Origin: an uncultured Rhodothermales bacterium
GTDB taxonomy: Bacteria > Bacteroidota > Rhodothermia > Rhodothermales > JANQRZ01
Reading direction: 5' to 3'
Length of the DNA stretch: 64,000 nucleotides
NCBI GenBank assembly: GCA_964438105.1
Contig: CAYTJT010000001.1
Location: 1,236 to 65,235 of the forward strand
The notes beneath the pieces are model-generated. The model made no database searches and had not been told where the DNA came from. It saw nothing but the letters and a program-made list of their open reading frames with translations. Both the position numbers and the translations under genes were made by a program. Each line of letters starts with the position of its first letter. Position 1 is the stretch's first letter. Positions 17,894 to 26,267 of the stretch are shown in pieces.

Positions 17894-19330
17894 TTAAATC
17901 GCCAATAGCTGACGAACCGCTGATATGAGGGGGCGGAGTCCAGCGTCGGTGTGCATTTTGTCAGCCGGACCAGCGAAGGCACGCACCTCCACGAGCAGAT
18001 CCTTCGCCACGGGACTGATTAATTTGGCTTCGACTAGCTCTAAGAGAGCGTCGAACTTTTTTTTGGGCAGCGACCGATCAAGCTTCGAGGAGATTGATGG
18101 GTCAGTGAACGAGAGCAGAGCGCGGGATGCCTGGCGAGGGGTAAACTGTGCGATCAGCTTTTGGTAGATCGGCTCTGCGTAGTAAGCAGTGCCATGCCCA
18201 TTCGTGAGGTATACCTCGACGATCGCTCGAACATACTCAGCCTCAATAGACTCTGGTACAGTCCCCTTACCCCCGACTGCGGTGTCTAGCTGACGTGCAA
18301 ACGTAGGCTCCAGATGGAAATTTTTCATGGGAGCACGATGCGCAGCAAGTAGGTTCTGAATCGCGTCTTGCACCTCGGCAGCGCGTAATGCTTCGGGCAC
18401 GTAACTGGCCGCGTCAACGAGAGTGAGGAGGGCACGGGCACGCTCAGCTTCACCGGTCTCGCCATTGGCGGCATACTGGCCATACTTGACCCCAAACGAC
18501 CGCCTCACGTCCTCGCCAAGCATCACCCATAGTCGGGGGAGCAGATGCCGTACGTTTTGCCGAGCATGTTCCGGTGAGTCTTTGTCTACGTAGATGCCGA
18601 AGAGGCCACTGGCTAGACTCCCCGCTCTATCTCGATCCAACTCGCCGAAGAAAGCCGCCGCTTGGGAAGCTTCGGCTGCGTTCATCTCAGAAGACCGAAC
18701 ATTGGTAAGCAACCTCGCGATGTGAGCAACAATGGTGTTGACTGGTAGAGCGACTACTTCATTTATGCACGTCTCCAACCAAGCTATGAGCTGGAGACCT
18801 GTAAGGTCGTTCTGATTGGGGTGTGCAGCGCTCGCCCAGTTGCGCATGTAGCGAATGCTGTCCAGTTGCTTAAAGCCAACGTCTGAGATCAATCCGATTT
18901 CACGAGCGCCCTGCAAGAGTTCATCATCGGTAATCTTGTCGAGGTCACTGGCGCCCTTCAAGTTCGACCGTTTGTTCGCGCTTTTGACAGCTACGTCGAA
19001 GAAGTAAGACACGTCGTACTGCATAACTCGGTGGCGCAGCTCTTGAATCGTCTCATCCCACAGGTAGTTGAGAGCAGCGTCAAAAAGACCTGCGGCGACC
19101 GCTGCTGTGAACTTGGAGACGTAAAGCGATCGAGCTTTTTGACTCGAATCCAGTTTGCTTAGAGCATCGGAGAGGTTGTTGATCACACGTCTCCGCTGCT
19201 CGGTAGGTGTCAGCACGTCGGACGTAGGCAGCCCACTACTCTGCAAGAACGCCAGTAGTCCATCGTTGAATGGACCTATCTCCTGTATGTCTGATGCTCT
19301 GAGTGTTAAGGCGGTCTCGGAAGCACTCAT
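17894..19330 (-). CDS. HEPN/Abi_C-like protein (abortive-infection candidate)
   Basis: 478-aa ORF with lower GC. Single Rx4-6H-type string IRYMRNWASAAHPNQ. Otherwise helical with no other family recognised. Confidence 0.55.
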   Translation of the reverse strand: MSASETALTLRASDIQEIGPFNDGLLAFLQSSGLPTSDVLTPTEQRRRVINNLSDALSKLDSSQKARSLYVSKFTAAVAAGLFDAALNYLWDETIQELRHRVMQYDVSYFFDVAVKSANKRSNLKGASDLDKITDDELLQGAREIGLISDVGFKQLDSIRYMRNWASAAHPNQNDLTGLQLIAWLETCINEVVALPVNTIVAHIARLLTNVRSSEMNAAEASQAAAFFGELDRDRAGSLASGLFGIYVDKDSPEHARQNVRHLLPRLWVMLGEDVRRSFGVKYGQYAANGETGEAERARALLTLVDAASYVPEALRAAEVQDAIQNLLAAHRAPMKNFHLEPTFARQLDTAVGGKGTVPESIEAEYVRAIVEVYLTNGHGTAYYAEPIYQKLIAQFTPRQASRALLSFTDPSISSKLDRSLPKKKFDALLELVEAKLISPVAKDLLVEVRAFAGPADKMHTDAGLRPLISAVRQLLAI

Positions 19331-19368
19331 GCTGCATTGCTGTTTTTGACAAAAGGCAGCAATGCAGC
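19331..19368. promoter_or_regulatory. inverted repeat GCTGCATTGCTG-N14-CAGCAATGCAGC abutting the HEPN-like start codon
   Basis: Perfect 12-bp arms. Spacer tttttgacaaaagg. The repeat starts at the nucleotide next to ATG 19330. Confidence 0.65.
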
Positions 19369-19445
19369 AGTACGAGTTTGGTTCTCCGAAACGAACCTGG
19401 CCGGACGAGCGCTACCTCTTCGGCAAACGCTGGACCACCTCACCG

Positions 19446-20177
19446 TCAGCGTCGAGAAACACAAGTGATGATAACCCCATCGGCATCCACGGATATTCGG
19501 ATGCGGCTCCTCCCCTGTTTGTCATGGAGCGAGAGCGTCACGTCGTCGCGGTCGCTACGCGGATCGGTGATGGTCCCGGCGAAGAACCTGCGCGTGTGGG
19601 GTCCGGGCGAGAGGCGGGCGATCTGAGCGCGAGCCGAATCGCTTCCGCCTCGGGCCGAGTCGCGGATTGCGATGAGTTCGTTCATCGGTAGTGCAGGCTG
19701 ATCGTTGACGAAGTACCCTGCCGATCGAACGCTACCCTGCTCGGAGTAGGTCATGTTGAGCACTTGATCCTGGTTGATTCGATCAAACGAGAGGTGACCA
19801 GACCCCCAACGCACGGAGTCTCGGTCCTCACCGCCGAAGATGAGGCCGCCCGTCTCCGTCTCTTCGGTATTGTAGAAGATCATTCCCGGATGCGTACTCG
19901 GCCTTTCCCGCAGTTCGTCGCCTTGGAACACGAGACCGGGGATGCGCTCCGCGTTTGCGATCACCATCGCCAACCGCCCGTCGGGTTCGCGCACGTTGAT
20001 GCGCTCGACGTCGATCTCGACGAAGCGTTGGTATGCATAACCGAACGCTCCTAGGACGAGCAGTAGCAACAGGCCGAACTTTGCTGCTTTGCTGCCTTTG
20101 ATAAAAAACAGCAAAGCAGCAGAAACCTCTACAACAGCTCGTGACCTGACAACCGCCGGAACTGCGCGACTGGGCAT
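19446..20177 (-). CDS. membrane-anchored hypothetical protein
   Basis: 243-aa ORF. N-terminal KGSKAAKFGLLLLLVLGAFGYAY signal anchor. The start is uncertain because repeat 20082-20121 lies within the 5' end. Confidence 0.5.
   Translation of the reverse strand: MPSRAVPAVVRSRAVVEVSAALLFFIKGSKAAKFGLLLLLVLGAFGYAYQRFVEIDVERINVREPDGRLAMVIANAERIPGLVFQGDELRERPSTHPGMIFYNTEETETGGLIFGGEDRDSVRWGSGHLSFDRINQDQVLNMTYSEQGSVRSAGYFVNDQPALPMNELIAIRDSARGGSDSARAQIARLSPGPHTRRFFAGTITDPRSDRDDVTLSLHDKQGRSRIRISVDADGVIITCVSRR
20082..20121. repeat. inverted repeat TGCTGCTTTGCTG-N14-CAGCAAAGCAGCA
   Basis: Perfect 13-bp arms. Spacer cctttgataaaaaa is in the opposite orientation to the spacers at 17844 and 19343. Confidence 0.65.
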
Positions 20178-20329
20178 TCCGTGTGCGCCGACAGTTCAGC
20201 TAGGCGCACCTTGGCGTCGCGTGCGAGGGGCGAGCCGATCAGACGATTTTCGGAGTCGGTGAGCATTTGGCCGAACTCCTCGTTGGCAACGGCACGGGCG
20301 ATGCGCTCGCGGGCGGACGTACGGATCAT
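20129..20329 (-). CDS. hypothetical 66-aa protein coupled to the HlyD gene
   Basis: Its ATG shares one nucleotide with the HlyD stop (TGATG). No family recognised. Confidence 0.4.
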   Translation of the reverse strand: MIRTSARERIARAVANEEFGQMLTDSENRLIGSPLARDAKVRLAELSAHTECPVAQFRRLSGHELL

Positions 20330-21549
20330 CAGCTAGCGACGTGGCGAAACGAGCGGAAGAACCCCGCCAGCAGTGTCTCACGCTTCGTCTGCGCCGCGAT
20401 CTCGGCGGAGAAGCCCGAGCGGACAGGCGAAGCGTAGGACCCACCAGACGAGCGGAGAGCGCGCAGGGACGGCGCGTCGACGGCGACCTCGACAACGTAG
20501 CCGCCGCTGCCGTCGGCGCTGGCTGCCGGAGCGATACGCACGACGCGCCCGCCGAGCTGGCGCGGCTGATCGCCGGGGAGGGCCGGAACGGTGATGCGCG
20601 CGGGCAGGCCGGGACGCAGTTTGTGCGCGTCCGACTCGGATGCTCGAGCACGGACGATGAGCGCGACGTGACGCCCGAATTGGAAGCGTTCGAGAGCTGC
20701 GACGTCCATCAGCTTCTCGCCCCGTGCAAGGTGACGGCCGATGGCGTCGGCCAGCTCCTCGGTAATGACGATTCCGCCGTCGGGCAGCGTGGCCGGTACG
20801 ACCATCGAGAGGCGTTCGAGGCGTCCGTCGAGCGCATCGAGGCGAGCGGTGAGCGCGGCACGTTCGGCGTCGCGTACGGCCTGCTCGGCGAGGTGCGACT
20901 GTTCTACGCCGTGTGTGGCTTCGGACAGTAGGGCCTCGGCGACGGCGACGCCGCTGCGGGCCTCGTCGAGCGCGACGTGTACGCCCTCGGGAAGCTGCTC
21001 CGTGTCGTGCTCGGCAAACCCAAACTCGACCGCGGTGCGGCGGTACGCCGCACGGGCCGCCGTCAGGCGGGCCTGAGCGGCTGCGGTTCTCTGCGCGCGA
21101 CGCTGCCGGTCCTCGTAGTGGCGCGTCCTGGCCGCGCGCGTCTCGGCGTCGATGCGGGCGCGCTGCGCGAGAAGCTGGGCGCGCTCGGCCGATAGATCGT
21201 AGCCGTCGAGCAGCGCAAGAAGTTGTCCCGCCTCGACCGTGTCGCCGGCGCTCACGAATACGCCCGCGACCTGGCCGCTGATCTGAGGCCGGATAGGCAC
21301 GACGCGTTCGGCGGCGAAGTAGCCGCTGAGTTCGACCGTTCGCGTGAGCGGCACGGACGCACCGGCGACGAGCGCGGCCACCAGGACGAGACCGGCGATG
21401 CGCAGCACGCGGCGAGTGACGGCGCGGTCGCCGTCGGAACTGGCGCCGATCACCGAGACGTCGGGGACGGCGAAGCCGTGAGCCGGAGGCAGCGCCACGC
21501 GTGAGCCGATTTGCCGCCGGCGCGGCGCTCGGGTTGTGGGAGCAGACAT
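20329..21549 (-). CDS. HlyD-family secretion/membrane-fusion protein
   Basis: N-terminal TM helix, lipoyl-like hairpin ISGQVAGVFVSAGDTVEAGQLLALLD, long Ala/Arg coiled coil, C-terminal barrel. Confidence 0.85.
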   Translation of the reverse strand: MSAPTTRAPRRRQIGSRVALPPAHGFAVPDVSVIGASSDGDRAVTRRVLRIAGLVLVAALVAGASVPLTRTVELSGYFAAERVVPIRPQISGQVAGVFVSAGDTVEAGQLLALLDGYDLSAERAQLLAQRARIDAETRAARTRHYEDRQRRAQRTAAAQARLTAARAAYRRTAVEFGFAEHDTEQLPEGVHVALDEARSGVAVAEALLSEATHGVEQSHLAEQAVRDAERAALTARLDALDGRLERLSMVVPATLPDGGIVITEELADAIGRHLARGEKLMDVAALERFQFGRHVALIVRARASESDAHKLRPGLPARITVPALPGDQPRQLGGRVVRIAPAASADGSGGYVVEVAVDAPSLRALRSSGGSYASPVRSGFSAEIAAQTKRETLLAGFFRSFRHVAS

Positions 21550-21551
21550 AG

Positions 21552-23432
21552 CTAGGCGGGTACGTGAACGGAGACAGACGGCGAAGGCGACGCGTGGCCA
21601 TCGCTGGCGGACGGCACGCCCAGCGTGACGGTGCGCGTGGCGAGGCGGGCGTGTTCGGCCCGGTGCGTGACCAGCACGACGGCGGGCGCATCGGGTAGGG
21701 CGCTCAGAGCGCGCAGGAAGGCCGAGAACACGTCGTGTGCGGTCGAGGCGTCCAGGTTGGCCGCTACCTCGTCGAGCACGACCAGGCGGATTCTGCGGCC
21801 CGTGGGAGCGAGCTGCACGCGCAGCAGCGTCCGGGCGAGCGCGAGCCGCTGACGTTCACCGGCCGACAGAGACGCCGCGCCTTCGGTCAGAACGGTGTCG
21901 AGGCCGTCCGGTAGCTCGTCGACGCGGTGAGCGAGGGCGCAGGTCGAGAGCGCAGCGTAGACCTGCGCGTCCCACCGATCGGGCTGGGCCTCGCCCGCGA
22001 GCTGCGCGTCGGCGTACTCGGCCAGCGGCGCGAGCGCGTTGTCGCGAATGGTGGCCGAGAGCAAGCCCGGCTCTTGCCAGCAGACGGCGAGCTGACGCCG
22101 GTAGTCCTTGACGCCCACGTCGGTGACGGAGCGCCAGCCGGCGGCCGTCTCGCACAGCACGTCGCCGCTATCGGGCGCTTCCATGCGGGCCAGCATTCGG
22201 AGCAGTGTGCTCTTGCCGCAGCCCGACGGGCCGACGAGCGCAACGACTTCGCCGGGCGCGAGGTCGAGGCGCGGCGCGTAGAGTTCTGGGGCGTCTGGGG
22301 CGTAGCGAAAGCGCACGTCCTGAGCGGCGAACCTTCCGGTCATCGTGTGCTCAGGTGCGAGCCGGTCGGGGGCGGGTTTGTACGCCTCGGCGGGGTCAGA
22401 CTCGGGCGTTTCGTCGACGTACTCGAACAGCCGGGCCAGCGAGAGCGACGCCTGTTGGAGCTTGCCGCCGAGGTCGATGAGGCCCGCGATCTGGGGAAGG
22501 AGGATGCCCGAGTAGGCCATGAACGCCACGTACGTGCCCAGCGTGATCGACTCCGACACGACGAACGACCAGCCGAACCACATGACGGCGGCGGTATTGA
22601 CGGCTCTGAAACCGGCGTTGGTGGCGCCCAGGCCGTACCAGAGGCCGGTTGCCCTCGCCGTTCCGGCGTGGGCGGTCGAGACGGCATCACGTGCACGCGC
22701 GATCAACATCGGCTCACAGGCCATGCTCTTGAAGGTTCTGACTTCGCGCAGCGCTTCGGTCTGAAACTGCGACCAGGCGTCGTTGGCGGCGTAGGTCTGG
22801 CGCCAGTAGCGGTTGGCGCGCCTGCTTACAGCCGTCGTGAGCAGCGCGGTGAGCGGCACGGACGCGAGCGCGACGAGGGCTAGGCGCGCGTCGAGCAGCA
22901 GCAGGATGGGCGGGATGAGCAGCAGGTAGACGCCCTTGCTGACGAGCTGCATAACCGCGTCGGCTCCGGTCTCGATGACGGTGCGGACGTCGCCGAAGCG
23001 GGCCGAGGTTTTACCTGAGCCGTGCGCCTCGATAGTGCGCGCGGGCAGGTGCAATACGTGATTGAAGAGCGCAATCCGGGCGAGGCTGCGCATCCGGATG
23101 CGGCTGGCGAACCCGGCGTAGCTTCCGAGCGCGTGGATGCCGTGCTGAGCGAAGCGGACGGCGAGCAGCCCGGCGACGAGAAAGCCGAGCAGAGACAGGT
23201 TGCCGCTCGGATAGACCTTGTCGAACATGGCCTTGACTATTAGCGGCGCGGCGGTCGCGCAGGCGGCGACGGCGAGCATCAGCGCGGCGGCGCGGGCGAG
23301 GGCGGGCCACTCGGAGCGGAAGAGCCGGGCGAGGCGGCGGGCGTGGGCCAGGCTGACGCTCAGCGGTGGGGTAGCGCCCACCTGTGGCGTATCGGCCATC
23401 GGAGCGGAGGTGTTGGCGGACGAGAGAACCAT
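21552..23432 (-). CDS. ABC exporter, fused permease/ATPase (no C39 peptidase domain)
   Basis: Six-TM N-half. Walker A GPSGCGKSTLL, signature LSAGERQRLALAR, Walker B LVVLDEVAANLD. Confidence 0.9.
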   Translation of the reverse strand: MVLSSANTSAPMADTPQVGATPPLSVSLAHARRLARLFRSEWPALARAAALMLAVAACATAAPLIVKAMFDKVYPSGNLSLLGFLVAGLLAVRFAQHGIHALGSYAGFASRIRMRSLARIALFNHVLHLPARTIEAHGSGKTSARFGDVRTVIETGADAVMQLVSKGVYLLLIPPILLLLDARLALVALASVPLTALLTTAVSRRANRYWRQTYAANDAWSQFQTEALREVRTFKSMACEPMLIARARDAVSTAHAGTARATGLWYGLGATNAGFRAVNTAAVMWFGWSFVVSESITLGTYVAFMAYSGILLPQIAGLIDLGGKLQQASLSLARLFEYVDETPESDPAEAYKPAPDRLAPEHTMTGRFAAQDVRFRYAPDAPELYAPRLDLAPGEVVALVGPSGCGKSTLLRMLARMEAPDSGDVLCETAAGWRSVTDVGVKDYRRQLAVCWQEPGLLSATIRDNALAPLAEYADAQLAGEAQPDRWDAQVYAALSTCALAHRVDELPDGLDTVLTEGAASLSAGERQRLALARTLLRVQLAPTGRRIRLVVLDEVAANLDASTAHDVFSAFLRALSALPDAPAVVLVTHRAEHARLATRTVTLGVPSASDGHASPSPSVSVHVPA

Positions 23433-23492
23433 CCCGCCCCGAGGGCGCGACGGAGCGCAGCGTCGAGGCGGGATGCCGGTGTGTCGTGCGGG

Positions 23493-23597
23493 CTAGCGGC
23501 CCGACACGAGGTCGTCGGGCGGCGGGCTTGCCGGTTGATCGTTGCCGCCGCCGTGGAGGATGAGGCGGATCGCCTCGCAGAGCTGAAGGGTCAGCAT
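23493..23597 (-). CDS. mini-ORF A, 34 aa, HGGGN..PPPDD family
   Basis: Own codon-by-codon translation: MLTLQLCEAIRLILHGGGNDQPASPPPDDLVSGR. 60 nt upstream of the ABC gene. Confidence 0.4.
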   Translation of the reverse strand: MLTLQLCEAIRLILHGGGNDQPASPPPDDLVSGR

Positions 23598-23664
23598 GGC
23601 GTTGGGGGTTGTCGCGGGTTCGTTGAGCGGATGATTTGCCGGCTGGTCAGGCCGAGCGTGCGGA

Positions 23665-23796
23665 TCAGTAGGTCGACGGCGGCGACCCGGCGAGGTCGTC
23701 GGGCGGCGGGCTTGCCGGCTCGTCGTTGCCCCTTCCGTGGTCGTCGGCGCGGAGGGCACCGGTGATCGGTGCTAGCGCGGCCTGGTGGCTGTCCAC
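23665..23796 (-). CDS. mini-ORF B, 43 aa (GTG start), HGRGN..PPPDD family
   Basis: Own translation: (V)DSHQAALAPITGALRADDHGRGNDEPASPPPDDLAGSPPSTY. Paralogous to A and C. Confidence 0.35.
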   Translation of the reverse strand: MDSHQAALAPITGALRADDHGRGNDEPASPPPDDLAGSPPSTY

Positions 23797-23868
23797 GAGG
23801 GTTGGGGTATGCGTCTCGCGTGGAGACTGGTGAAGCCGCCCGCCGGAGTGGCGAGCGGTAGCTGTTCG

Positions 23869-25299
23869 CTACCGGATGACGGTGAGCGTGCGCGTCTGCG
23901 AAGCTGCGCGGATGAGGTAGAGGCCGGGCGAGAGGGCGGACACGTCGAGGCGGTCGGTGCTGGGCGCGAGCGTGGCGACGTGCTGGCCGAGCAGGTCGTA
24001 GACCGTGGCCGCCGTGCCTTCAGGTCGGTCGATGCGGACGGATGCGCGCGCTGGGTTGGGATAGGCGGCGAGCGCGCGAGCGGGAATCGTCAGCTCGACG
24101 ACGGGCGAAAGCTCTTGGCTGCCGTCGAGGTCGACCTGTCGCAACCGGAAGCGGTGCGTGCCGGGAGCGAGCGCGGCCGTGGTGAAGCGGTAGTGCTGGG
24201 CTTCGAGCGTCGTTCCGTGACCCGTCGCAAAGCTGATCGACACGAAGCCGCCGTCACGGTCGTGCTCGACGTGGAAGCCGCTGTTGCCTGTCTCGCTGGC
24301 TGTCGTCCAGTCGAGGCGCGCGCGCTTCCCGTCGAGCGTGGCCGTAAAGGCGACAAGTTCGACGGGGAGCGCGCCGGTCGCGTAAGCGCGATCCGCGAGC
24401 GTGGCGTCGATCACGAACGGGTTGTCGTTGCCCTGGTGACCCTTCACGCGGGCGGAGCGGTCGCGCTCGGCCTGATCGGGTGGATCGGTTCGATGCCAGG
24501 CGATGAGCGTAGCGAGTTGGCCGTCGAACCAATCGTGGCGGTCTTGCGACTCGTCGACTTCGTTCTGATAGATCGAGCGGAAGTAGAAGAGGGCGCGCGC
24601 GACGTCGCCGCGCACCGATGCGCGCGGCATGAAGTGGGTCGAACTGACGGCCGAGAAGAGCAGCGTGTCGGCTCCGGCCTGAGCGAAGGTGTAGTTGGTC
24701 GTGTCGGCGTAGAGTCGCGTCGCGGCCGAGTAGGCGAACTGTCCGAACGGCTTGTTGCCTCGGGCCGAGTTGACGTCGCCTCGCGCGGGCCAGAGGTGGT
24801 GCAGGTCGGTCTTGGCGCTGCCGTAGCGCGCGCCGTACGACTGCGGCCAGAGGTGTTCGGTGTTGATGGTGCGGCTGTTGGAGCACGACGACGAGGAGCC
24901 GTCGCGGTCGCCGTCGCAGCCCGCCGAGGTCGGGTCCTGGCCGGGGGCGATGGGGAGGACGCGCCCGGTGTAGATGTCGGTGATGCGGGTGCGGTCGGCG
25001 TCGTCGACGAAGGCGAACAACGTGTCGCGGGCGCGGGCGTACGAGTAGGTCGACATGGGTGTGTGGCTCGCCTGGATGCACTTGATGAGCGCAGCGCCGG
25101 ACTGGCCGGGGCAGATCGTCTGGGCGCGAACGGCGGAAGTGGGAGCGACGAGCAGGACGAGCAGAATCGCGGCGCAATACCACGGCTTCCAGCTCCGCTG
25201 CGCTCGGATGCCGGAAGAGGGGATCGCCGAACGAGAGGAGTCGCCACTTGTCGGGAACGCCTGCGCGTTTGGCGGATTGGGCTGGGAAACACGACGCAC
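23869..25299 (-). CDS. secreted endonuclease I family nuclease with T9SS C-terminal sorting domain
   Basis: NTEHLWPQSYGA, DLHHLWPARGDVNSARGN. Signal peptide AAILLVLLVAPTSAVRAQ. CTD AYPNPARASVRIDRP...GLYLIRAASQTRTLTVIR. Start is uncertain; GTG 25299 is the first in-frame start not antisense to the Xre/RES genes. Confidence 0.8.
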   Translation of the reverse strand: MRRVSQPNPPNAQAFPTSGDSSRSAIPSSGIRAQRSWKPWYCAAILLVLLVAPTSAVRAQTICPGQSGAALIKCIQASHTPMSTYSYARARDTLFAFVDDADRTRITDIYTGRVLPIAPGQDPTSAGCDGDRDGSSSSCSNSRTINTEHLWPQSYGARYGSAKTDLHHLWPARGDVNSARGNKPFGQFAYSAATRLYADTTNYTFAQAGADTLLFSAVSSTHFMPRASVRGDVARALFYFRSIYQNEVDESQDRHDWFDGQLATLIAWHRTDPPDQAERDRSARVKGHQGNDNPFVIDATLADRAYATGALPVELVAFTATLDGKRARLDWTTASETGNSGFHVEHDRDGGFVSISFATGHGTTLEAQHYRFTTAALAPGTHRFRLRQVDLDGSQELSPVVELTIPARALAAYPNPARASVRIDRPEGTAATVYDLLGQHVATLAPSTDRLDVSALSPGLYLIRAASQTRTLTVIR

Positions 25300-25305
25300 A
25301 ATCGG

Positions 25306-25780
25306 TATGACGGACACGGCAGGCATCAGGGAGTGGAAAGGAGGAACAGTCGATTCAGGGGGCGGCGTGCCGTTCCACCGGCTCGACGGGTCGGGCGTGA
25401 TCGGGCTGGCGCACGGCGAGGGTCCGAAGCGGCTGCATGTGGGGCTGACGGTTCGCGCCGTCGACGCGCTGCGGGCGTGGCTGGGCGTGAGCGCCAAAGA
25501 GCTGGCGTCGGTGCTGTGCATCAGCGACCGCACGCTGAGCCGGCGGCGCAAGTCGGGCGAGCGGCTGGGCCTGGACGAGGGCGACCGGGTGCTGCGCCTG
25601 GCGCGGCTGTGCGAGATGGCCGAGAGCGCGCTGAGCGGGGCCGAGCGGGGCGCGCGCTGGATGCGCGAGCCGCACCCGCTTCTCGAGGGCGAAGCCCCGA
25701 TGCGGCTGGCGCGCACCGAGCCGGGCGTGCGGCAGGTGGAGTCGCTGCTAGCGAGCATCGAGTACTCGATGCCGGTATAG
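25306..25780 (+). CDS. Xre/MbcA/ParS-like antitoxin (HTH + DUF2384-type C-terminal domain)
   Basis: From ATG 25306. LASVLCISDRTLSRRRK (HTH). WMREPHPLLEGEAPMRLARTEPGVRQVESLLASIEY. Confidence 0.8.
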
Positions 25781-26257
25781 GTGGGCGAGCTGCTCACGCT
25801 GCACCGCTTGACGCTGGCGAAGTATGCCGGGACCGCGCTGAGCGGCATCGGCGGGCTGCACGCCGCGGGCCGGTGGCACCGCGCCGGGCATCCGGTCGTG
25901 TACGCGTCGGAGTCGACGGCGCTGGCCGTGCTCGAAGTGCTGGCGGGCACGCGCGACCGAACGGTGCTGAGGGACGCTTCGTACGTGCGCCTGACGGTCG
26001 ACGTGCCGGCCGAAGGGATCGTTCGCCTGAGCGGCGCAGAGCTTCCCCCGGACTGGCAGGCGTGGCCGCACGGCGAGTCGGCGCAGGAGCTGGGCAGCCG
26101 GTGGCTGGCGAGCCGCGCCTCGCTGGGGCTGTCGGTGCCGTCGACGCTCATCCCGACCGAGCGCAACGTGCTGCTCAACCCGCTGCACCCGGACTGGGGG
26201 CGAGTGGAGGCGAGCGGGCCGGAAGCGTTCGTCTTCGACGCGCGGCTGGGCGAGTAG
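25781..26257 (+). CDS. RES-domain toxin
   Basis: GTG abuts the antitoxin stop. GRWHRAGHPVVYASESTALAVLE ... SVPSTLIPTERNVLLNP. Confidence 0.85.
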   Translation: MGELLTLHRLTLAKYAGTALSGIGGLHAAGRWHRAGHPVVYASESTALAVLEVLAGTRDRTVLRDASYVRLTVDVPAEGIVRLSGAELPPDWQAWPHGESAQELGSRWLASRASLGLSVPSTLIPTERNVLLNPLHPDWGRVEASGPEAFVFDARLGE

Positions 26258-26267
26258 CGGAGCGGTT

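Noticed and set aside
23493-23796. Mini-ORFs interpreted as lasso/lanthipeptide or double-glycine bacteriocin precursors
   Set aside because: No cyclase, dehydratase or protease genes are nearby. The ABC exporter lacks an N-terminal C39 peptidase domain. The spacing of Gly and Asp does not fit a lasso macrolactam. The more neutral 'exported peptide family' hypothesis is kept.
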